Positions 53,917 through 60,000 of a DNA stretch of 60,000 nt are shown piece by piece. Source of the stretch: a virus (taxonomy: Duplodnaviria > Caudoviricetes); the IMG/VR virus record IMGVR_UViG_3300033141_001695, positions 1 through 60,000 of that record; one strand, given 5' to 3'. Made by a program: the position numbers and the translations under genes. Under the pieces are notes generated by a model. That model saw nothing but the letters and a program-made list of their open reading frames with translations. It did no database searches and was not told where the DNA came from. Each line of letters opens with the position of its first letter. Position 1 is the stretch's first letter.

Positions 53917-55239
53917 TCATCCTCCCCTTTGCAAGTTAAAAAATCTTGTAGTTTCCTTCTGCCACATCAGCGACACCTTCCCTATCGGTCCCGTTCTCTG
54001 TTTGGCAATATCAATCTCCGCAATTCCCTTATTCGATGAATTTTCGTCTTTGTTGTAAACTTCATCTCGATAAATAAACATCACCATATCAGCATCCTGT
54101 TCCAAAGCACCAGAATCCCTCAAATCTGAAAGTATTGGACGTTTATTAGTCCGCATTTCAAGGGATCGATTAAGTTGCGACAAGGCAATAACCGGAACAT
54201 CCAATTCTTTTGCCATACCTTTCAGATTCCGGCTGATGGAGCTAACCTCCTCAACCCTGCCGTTCTTCGTATCGCCTCTCATCAATTGCACATAGTCAAT
54301 CAGGATGCAGTCAATTTGTTTCTGCTTTGACAGCCGCCTTACCCTTCTTCGCATTTCCAAATACGAAAGCCCTGCCGTATCGTCAATGTGAATCTGATAG
54401 TCTTGGCATCTATCCTGCGCTGCAATAATCCTGGCGAAATCCTCTTTTGAAAAATTACCGGACCTGAATTTGAACGAATTAACCCCTGACTCCATAGCAA
54501 TCATCCTATCCACAAGTTGATTTTTCGACATTTCCAAGGAAAAAACTGCACAAGATTTGCCACTCTCTGCCATATTCCAAGCAAAATTCAGCATGAGGGC
54601 CGTCTTGCCCATGCTCGGCCTTGCCGCCAAAAGAATCAAATCCGATTTCTGAAACCCGCAGGTCATGTTCTCGATTTCATAGTAACCACTCGGAACGCCG
54701 GTAAGCTGCCCCTTGCTTGCTGATAATTCCTCATATCGTTCAGCAGCGGTATCCATCAAGTCGTCAAAGCTCGAAAAACTGTCACTGCTATCACCATATT
54801 CTATTCCTACAATATCTTTCTGGGCTTGATCCAGGAACGTCTCGGCATTAACTCCAGGCTCGTAAGCCGTTTCTATAACCTTGTTCGCAATGGTTATGGT
54901 TTCACGAAGAGTCGCCTTGCCCTTAATTTTTTTCGCGCAAAATTCCATGGACGTTGCAGCTGGTACGGTATCCATGAGCTTCGCCAGATAGGTTGCTCCA
55001 CCGATGCTTTCAAGCTGTTCTGAATCTTTCAAGACTGATAAAAGTGCAGGTAGCTCGATTGGGATATTTTTTGAGACAAGAACTTGAAAGGCTTCAAAAA
55101 TTAGTCCGTGAGAAGTCCGGTAAAAATCCGAAGGCTTGAGCAGTTCCACGGCCTCCTGCGCGGATTCCGGGTAGAGTAGCATGGCCGACATGACTGATTC
55201 TTCCGTCTCGATGTCGTGCGGTAATATTCTACTTTCCAT
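53917..55239 (-). CDS. dnaB: Replicative DNA helicase
   Basis: LPHD.ETE, AARPSMGKT, FSLEMS, IDYVQL, LSQLNR, DLRDSGALEQDAD. Confidence 0.97.
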   Translation of the reverse strand: MESRILPHDIETEESVMSAMLLYPESAQEAVELLKPSDFYRTSHGLIFEAFQVLVSKNIPIELPALLSVLKDSEQLESIGGATYLAKLMDTVPAATSMEFCAKKIKGKATLRETITIANKVIETAYEPGVNAETFLDQAQKDIVGIEYGDSSDSFSSFDDLMDTAAERYEELSASKGQLTGVPSGYYEIENMTCGFQKSDLILLAARPSMGKTALMLNFAWNMAESGKSCAVFSLEMSKNQLVDRMIAMESGVNSFKFRSGNFSKEDFARIIAAQDRCQDYQIHIDDTAGLSYLEMRRRVRRLSKQKQIDCILIDYVQLMRGDTKNGRVEEVSSISRNLKGMAKELDVPVIALSQLNRSLEMRTNKRPILSDLRDSGALEQDADMVMFIYRDEVYNKDENSSNKGIAEIDIAKQRTGPIGKVSLMWQKETTRFFNLQRGG

Positions 55240-55729
55240 CGGGGCTGCCTATTCGTTTTTGAGATTCATTGGCAAGCATAAGGTCGTTAAGCTTGTTACG
55301 GTCAAAAGAAAGGTATGCTGATTTGAACTCCTTTACCCACCATTGAATCTTGGCCTCAAGTAGAGACATGGCCCAATTCTGAAACGGCCATCGGTGTTTC
55401 ATCAGGTAGGCGGTTATCGGGTCGTCAAAAGCAGGTGACAGTTCACCCGGACTATATTTTCTGGATTCATCGACACACAAAATAGCCTGAATCTCTGCCG
55501 CATCATCAACTTTGCCTTTGATATGTTCAATGAAATCGGCATAGGTGGGCATATTGGTATATTTCCGGGTTCGGATAATCTGCTTTGCGGCCTGGGCGAT
55601 TTGATTAATGGTTACGCTGTCCTCTTGGAACATTTCCCACCAGAATTTGAGGGTTCGATCCGTAACCTTTGCCGAAAAATTATCAGCAACACAAAAAATG
55701 ATTTCACAAAATTTCTTTTTGTCTTTCAA
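55229..55729 (-). CDS. Helicase loader-like protein (lambda P/G39P position; DUF6475-like)
   Basis: Lies between the initiator and DnaB; MPT.AD.I...FDDP motif. Confidence 0.65.
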   Translation of the reverse strand: MKDKKKFCEIIFCVADNFSAKVTDRTLKFWWEMFQEDSVTINQIAQAAKQIIRTRKYTNMPTYADFIEHIKGKVDDAAEIQAILCVDESRKYSPGELSPAFDDPITAYLMKHRWPFQNWAMSLLEAKIQWWVKEFKSAYLSFDRNKLNDLMLANESQKRIGSPDGK

Positions 55730-56537
55730 GTTCTGACTCCTTTTCCAAAAAACTCATACATGCTTGAATATTATGATTGGTTCTGTGGTCGCCGGTTATT
55801 TGCTTAGGGTTTTTATTTTTAACCTCAAAAAAACCTTTCCATCCATTCGCAATGGTTTGATTTATTACCTCTCGATAATCATTGTCAAGCTTTATCAACT
55901 TTTCAAGCTCTGTCAGATTCTTTTTTTCAGCAAGAATTGAAAGAGGAACTTTTATCTCTTTTCTATGTTTTTTAAACTCTCCCCATAAAACCATATCAAG
56001 CCAAGATGGATAATCAATTTCAGATTCAGATTTTTTTGCTGGGGGTAAGGGGGGTATATACTGTTCCTGTTCCTGTTCCTGTTCCTGTTCCTGATTAGGC
56101 ATAGTCTTTCGGAAGCCTTCCGGTAAAGCTTTAGTAAAGGCTTTCGGAAGGCTTCCGGCAAATGATTTAACTTGCAGAATTAATTCGTTTTTTAATTCGC
56201 ACTCAGGAAGGTAGTCAAGAGAGGCTGTCCATGACTTTATGACATTTGGGGACTCTGGACGGTTGTATTTAAGAAAGTTGGGTAACCATACAAAACAAGC
56301 CTTTGGGTCATGCTTAACCATACCCTTAGAAGAGGCTTCCTGAAAGGCTTCCGCAAAGGCTTTCTCTTTCCATCCTAACTCAGAAGCAAGTCCCGGAACT
56401 GTCGCTCTCATTGCTCCGAGTGATGTCATATGAGGATGTGTCAGCAAAAAGAAAAAGGTTAATTTTCCGCTATCAGAAAGCTCTCTGAACTTTTGATCGT
56501 TCCATATTCTTGGGTCTATTTTTCTATATTTAGCCAT
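55704..56537 (-). CDS. Phage replication initiator
   Basis: YRKIDPRIWND.KF..LS, NFLKYN, NQEQEQEQEQ linker, C-terminal W.EF..HR...I.NGWKG.F. Confidence 0.85.
   Translation of the reverse strand: MAKYRKIDPRIWNDQKFRELSDSGKLTFFFLLTHPHMTSLGAMRATVPGLASELGWKEKAFAEAFQEASSKGMVKHDPKACFVWLPNFLKYNRPESPNVIKSWTASLDYLPECELKNELILQVKSFAGSLPKAFTKALPEGFRKTMPNQEQEQEQEQEQYIPPLPPAKKSESEIDYPSWLDMVLWGEFKKHRKEIKVPLSILAEKKNLTELEKLIKLDNDYREVINQTIANGWKGFFEVKNKNPKQITGDHRTNHNIQACMSFLEKESELERQKEIL
56062..56366. other. Candidate replication origin (iteron-like repeats within the initiator)
   Basis: AAGGCTT(T/C)C-like units at 12-bp spacing (about 56112-56156 and 56331-56364), the (TGTTCC)5 tract and an AT-rich segment near 56161-56200. 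Confidence 0.5.
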
Positions 56538-56555
56538 TTACAAAAACGCTCCTCT

Positions 56556-57143
56556 TTAACCTTTTTTCCCATGCTCAAACCGTGCTTGACGCGCTGCAAT
56601 ATAGGCATCATGGATAAGTTCTGGATATTTAGTATAATTATACCAATCAAACTCAGCCTCACCAAGTTCCCCTGTACCACAATTTGGATGATTGAGAGTA
56701 CCAACAAAGCCCTCCCTTGTGGTTGTTTTGTGTAGGCCGTGGAAACATGGGTATTCTTTATGATCCTTTATCATTTCTTCAATATGGCAAGGCTCAAGCC
56801 AATGTTTTAAAAATTTATATTCGTACCAAGTGCAATTAAAATAAGGCTCTCCAATAAAAAGCAAAACAGGTTCTTTGGTTTTCAAGGCTAATAGTTTACA
56901 TTTTAATTGTTCTTTTTTGGTCGGCTTTGTCCCCTTAATCTCAACCCAACATTTATGATCAGGTAATCTAAAATCAGGCAAATATCTCAATCCATCACCC
57001 ATCTCAAAACCTTCCGGCTCATACTCATATCTGATACCCAAAGTTTTAAAAAAGACCGCCCATTTTGCCTCGAGTCGGCTCCGGTAAAGATGGCCTAAAA
57101 ACTCAGTCTCTATTGCTTTAATTGTCTTGACTTTTTCACTCAT
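56556..57143 (-). CDS. PD-(D/E)XK nuclease
   Basis: YRSRLEAKWAVFF...YEPEGF...YLPDF...WVEIKG. Confidence 0.85.
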   Translation of the reverse strand: MSEKVKTIKAIETEFLGHLYRSRLEAKWAVFFKTLGIRYEYEPEGFEMGDGLRYLPDFRLPDHKCWVEIKGTKPTKKEQLKCKLLALKTKEPVLLFIGEPYFNCTWYEYKFLKHWLEPCHIEEMIKDHKEYPCFHGLHKTTTREGFVGTLNHPNCGTGELGEAEFDWYNYTKYPELIHDAYIAARQARFEHGKKG

Positions 57144-57231
57144 TTTCTGTATAATCCTTTCTAATTTTAATGATTTATCTTGCCTCCTGCCCGGTTCATC
57201 GCCGGGCTTTCCTTTTGCCCTAAAAAATAAT

Positions 57232-57381
57232 TCATCCTTTCTTTGACATCAAAGTTCTAACCATGTTTTCAACAAGATTTTGCATGGTAGTTTCATTAAT
57301 TGCTGAATAAGCTTTAAATTTTCGGTGAAGATCAACAGGTAACTTTATAATAATTTGCTTGCGTTTAACTTGTTCTTTCAT
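57232..57381 (-). CDS. Ribbon-helix-helix regulator (49 aa, not in ORF track)
   Basis: MKEQVKRKQIIIKLPVDLHRKFKAYSAINETTMQNLVENMV...; SD GAGGA; AT-rich promoter-like region upstream. Confidence 0.8.
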   Translation of the reverse strand: MKEQVKRKQIIIKLPVDLHRKFKAYSAINETTMQNLVENMVRTLMSKKG

Positions 57382-57500
57382 ATTTTTGTCCTCATTTAAA
57401 ATAAATTGAAGTTAATATATTTTATATAAGTTTATATTTACAATGGCAAACAAAAAAAGATTCATACACGCAACATCAGCCTCAGCTAAAAGCCCTTTTC

Positions 57501-57731
57501 TCAATAAGGACGTATTCCTAAAAATATTGACGTCCATTCATTTCCTCTGGATTTCGCCTCTGCAACTGCATTGTTAATCAACCATTGACAATGATATTTT
57601 TCGCTCTTTTGCTTCGGGAACGGTGTTGTTTCTCTGCCTGTATTGGTTTTGAACACATCACCGGGCTTAATGCCTCCTTGCCCATCTTTTATCCTGCCTG
57701 TTTCGTCGAGCAATCTAATTGTTTTTTTCAA
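57501..57731 (-). CDS. Hypothetical protein, possibly a fragment
   Basis: TTG start; T.TGRETTPFP...WL..NA.AEA..RG. Confidence 0.4.
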   Translation of the reverse strand: MKKTIRLLDETGRIKDGQGGIKPGDVFKTNTGRETTPFPKQKSEKYHCQWLINNAVAEAKSRGNEWTSIFLGIRPY

Positions 57732-57801
57732 AATTCACCCAATGTCAAACAAAAAAAGGGACACCCGCAAGCATCCCTTAAATTAAATTTGTATTTCAGT
57801 T

Positions 57802-58383
57802 TTATATCACCTCAAACTTAACTACAAAAACCCACGGGTTACTATCCCAACATTTTTCTCCGGTATAAACAGAATCCCACAAACACATGAATAATTCCGT
57901 GGCCGTTAACGTTTCATCAACATCGGGAACATATCTAAGAAAATCAACCCCCTCTTTTTCAGCGTCTTCATCGGATATATTCTGCAACCGATCAATCCGA
58001 ATATCCGTAATCGTCAGCCAAATCCGAGCGTGTTTTTTTCGCATATGAATTGACGGTTTCCATCCGCCCCGCTTTGGATTTTCAACATCAGCCCAGTAAT
58101 ATACCCCATTGGGTGCTGTATCGAGCGGCGCCCAAGTTTCGCGAACCCACAATCTATCCCCGATCTGCCCGAATGGATTAGTATATTTGAAATGCAATGT
58201 ATCATCGTATCCAGTTTCAACGAAATCTCCATTGTTGTATTTTTTCGGGTTAACAGGTCGAGACTTAGCTATTCTTCGTGTTTGCGTTTTTTTTCCGGAA
58301 AGAATTGCTTTCACCATTTCACCGTTGAACAGTATTGGCTTTCCTGATATGCCTTGAGAACATTTGTTGATTATTTTGCTCAT
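57802..58383 (-). CDS. ASCH/PUA-like conserved phage protein
   Basis: PILFNGEMV.AIL.G.KTQTRR, GDRLWVRETW, WKPSIHM, RLQ.IS..DA..EG, NPWV.V..F. Confidence 0.85.
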   Translation of the reverse strand: MSKIINKCSQGISGKPILFNGEMVKAILSGKKTQTRRIAKSRPVNPKKYNNGDFVETGYDDTLHFKYTNPFGQIGDRLWVRETWAPLDTAPNGVYYWADVENPKRGGWKPSIHMRKKHARIWLTITDIRIDRLQNISDEDAEKEGVDFLRYVPDVDETLTATELFMCLWDSVYTGEKCWDSNPWVFVVKFEVI

Positions 58384-58455
58384 TCTACTATAATCCTTTC
58401 ACTTTGGGTTGCTGTTTCTTCACTCAGCCCGGTTCCTCACCGGGCTTTTTCATGG

Positions 58456-58722
58456 CTAAATCTCATTTTCAAATTTACTTTTGCATTTATCGCAAATCAT
58501 CTTGTTGTTTTTGTCAGTAGATACCAACCATACATTGCCTGATAATTTTTCCCATGGGATTTTACAGCAATTACATCTTGTTCTTTTGCGATGCAGATTT
58601 AATCTTTTGTTCGACTCGATCCATTTTTTCACTTTCATAAAAGGCCTTTTCGATATGGCTGTTATCCTTACCCTTGTAGTAACAATTTCATCCCAACCAT
58701 TTTCTTTTATTGTTGTTTTCAT
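58456..58722 (-). CDS. Small zinc-finger protein
   Basis: CNCC...ICDKC; SD GGAGG. Confidence 0.6.
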   Translation of the reverse strand: MKTTIKENGWDEIVTTRVRITAISKRPFMKVKKWIESNKRLNLHRKRTRCNCCKIPWEKLSGNVWLVSTDKNNKMICDKCKSKFENEI

Positions 58723-58733
58723 TTATCCGCCTC

Positions 58734-58952
58734 CTAAATCTCATTATATTTCCGAATAGCTGTGTTCAGGCAGGTATAATCCCAAGCACCTATACAGACT
58801 CGATCTTTCCAATGCTCAACGGCAAAACCCACAACGCCTTCATCCAAAACCAACGACAACTGCTTCATTTCTTTTCTTATGGTCCCATCTATAGCTATCG
58901 TGAATCCAAGTTTTTGTTTTTCGATTTCTTCCAGCGTTATTTTGTGTTTCAT
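58734..58952 (-). CDS. Hypothetical protein
   Basis: ATGA overlap and SD. Confidence 0.55.
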   Translation of the reverse strand: MKHKITLEEIEKQKLGFTIAIDGTIRKEMKQLSLVLDEGVVGFAVEHWKDRVCIGAWDYTCLNTAIRKYNEI

Positions 58953-59230
58953 AAATCCTCGGCCTCAGCTGTGGAAACCCAACCCTTCAGGTTTGGGAAG
59001 AAACAACGCTTTAGCACGTTGCTTTTTTTGGGCTTGACAGCTAACTTAACCAAATGTATATTTTTGTTAAAAGTAACCTGAATCCTGACATTGTCAGAGG
59101 ACAGGCTAAGGGTGCCGTAACTGCACCTGTTAGAGTAAAGCTGCTTACGTAGTTCCTCTACAAAGCCCACGTGCTTTAGCCTTGGGATAGTTACACATCC
59201 TCCCCAATCAAAATAGAAACAAACCACCAT
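58949..59230 (-). CDS. Hypothetical protein (start probably near 59194)
   Basis: Coupled to its neighbours. Confidence 0.45.
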   Translation of the reverse strand: MVVCFYFDWGGCVTIPRLKHVGFVEELRKQLYSNRCSYGTLSLSSDNVRIQVTFNKNIHLVKLAVKPKKSNVLKRCFFPNLKGWVSTAEAEDL

Positions 59231-59850
59231 TTGTCGATTTTCTTGAAATCCAGTTCGTGCACGTTCTCAACGATATATACTTTGATATCCTTATCCTTGA
59301 TAAACCACATCGATCCACCCTGCTGCTCTGTCCGGTTGTCCTGGCGCTTCTTCGCCTTCAATCGGCCCTGCTTAATCGCTCTTGTGACAAAGTGGATATC
59401 TTCACCCAGGCACTCGGCCAGTTGAGTGGCGCTCATGCCTCCCAGGTTTGACGGAAGCCGCATCCGCTTGCGCTTCAAAACGATCCCATTAACCGTCCTG
59501 TGGAAGCCGTGCTGCTTCAATTTTCGCTGAATTACTTCCGGACAATGTTGAGCGTTATTTTTCAGTATCCATATTTCAGATTCCGACCAATCCGGTTCTT
59601 TCTGCTGCTTCTCGATCCAGCCTTTCCGGACCGCATACCGGGAGACTTTCCAGCGGGGCAAGCCGAGCCTTTTTGCCAGATTCCGGATTTCACCGCTGCA
59701 TTGAACTCGGTTTTGGTATGCTCGTTTGATTCGTTCGTGCATATCCGGCGTAATGACATATTTGGCTGGCTTTTTGCTTTTTACCGATCTACACGCATCA
59801 AACGGCAGACATGAATTATCACTCGTAAATGTGTTGACATTCCCCATCAT
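59191..59850 (-). CDS. Multi-HTH/Myb-like DNA-binding protein
   Basis: LAKRLGLPRW.V, W...E...L...RT..GI..KR, MSATQLAECLG...V.R.I..GRL.A. Confidence 0.65.
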   Translation of the reverse strand: MMGNVNTFTSDNSCLPFDACRSVKSKKPAKYVITPDMHERIKRAYQNRVQCSGEIRNLAKRLGLPRWKVSRYAVRKGWIEKQQKEPDWSESEIWILKNNAQHCPEVIQRKLKQHGFHRTVNGIVLKRKRMRLPSNLGGMSATQLAECLGEDIHFVTRAIKQGRLKAKKRQDNRTEQQGGSMWFIKDKDIKVYIVENVHELDFKKIDKWWFVSILIGEDV

Positions 59851-59886
59851 TCTGTTATTCTCCTTCCATATTGACCTTCATTTAAC

Positions 59887-60000
59887 AAATCTTTGAGTTT
59901 TCCGGCTAAGCCCGGCTGCCCCGCAGTTCGGGCTTAGCTATTTTCCAGGGCACCACCTCAGGCATATAAACATCATACCCCAACAAAGCGGACATCCCCG
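59887..60000. repeat. Terminal direct repeat, right copy
   Basis: Identical to bases 1-114. Confidence 0.95.

Noticed and set aside
56062-56091. (TGTTCC)5 as a phase-variable SSR
   Set aside because: It is an in-frame hexamer encoding the QEQEQE linker common in phage replication initiators and cannot shift the frame.
59887-60000. Biological direct terminal repeat (T7-like)
   Set aside because: The repeat starts at base 1, runs to the window edge and cuts through a gene, which is typical of assembler overlap on a circular or permuted genome.
1-60000. tRNA/rRNA genes, reverse transcriptase, or an alternative genetic code
   Set aside because: No cloverleaf with a T-loop consensus or RT motif set was recognised, and long genes are intact under the standard bacterial code.

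Overview
The window is an apparently complete, circularly assembled dsDNA tailed-phage genome of about 59.9 kb: bases 59887-60000 repeat bases 1-114 exactly. The architecture is podovirus-like. It has TerS, an intein-containing TerL, a portal, a scaffold, an N4-gp56-type major capsid protein, P22 gp4/gp10-like tail parts, internal ejection proteins including a 2583-aa polyvalent protein, and no tape measure or sheath. It also carries replication genes (initiator, loader, DnaB, SF2 helicase, SSB, RuvC-like), recombination genes (DUF3799 exonuclease, Sak4-like ATPase), a GH108 lysis cassette, three DNA methyltransferases and three free-standing HNH endonucleases. The host is probably a Gram-negative anaerobe, possibly Desulfobacterota (inference only). 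Most notable: (1) an orphan diversity-generating retroelement. The CLec-type target with a mutagenised VR, the GRNA-loop hairpin and avd are present, but avd is fused head-on to a truncated integrase, and no TR or RT was found. (2) A Mu Com-like zinc-ribbon gene, with tandem GARNNYC sites overlapping an RBS-occluding hairpin of the capsid gene and a terminator before the tail-fibre/DGR module. (3) A counter-oriented early operon of tiny ORFs separated by repeated GCAA-tetraloop hairpins, with an HTH gene near its end. (4) Several structured 5' leaders before antirepressor and HNH genes. (5) An apparently split tail-nozzle gene and a possible catalytically dead terminase-nuclease paralogue. All family assignments come from motif recognition by eye, not database searches.
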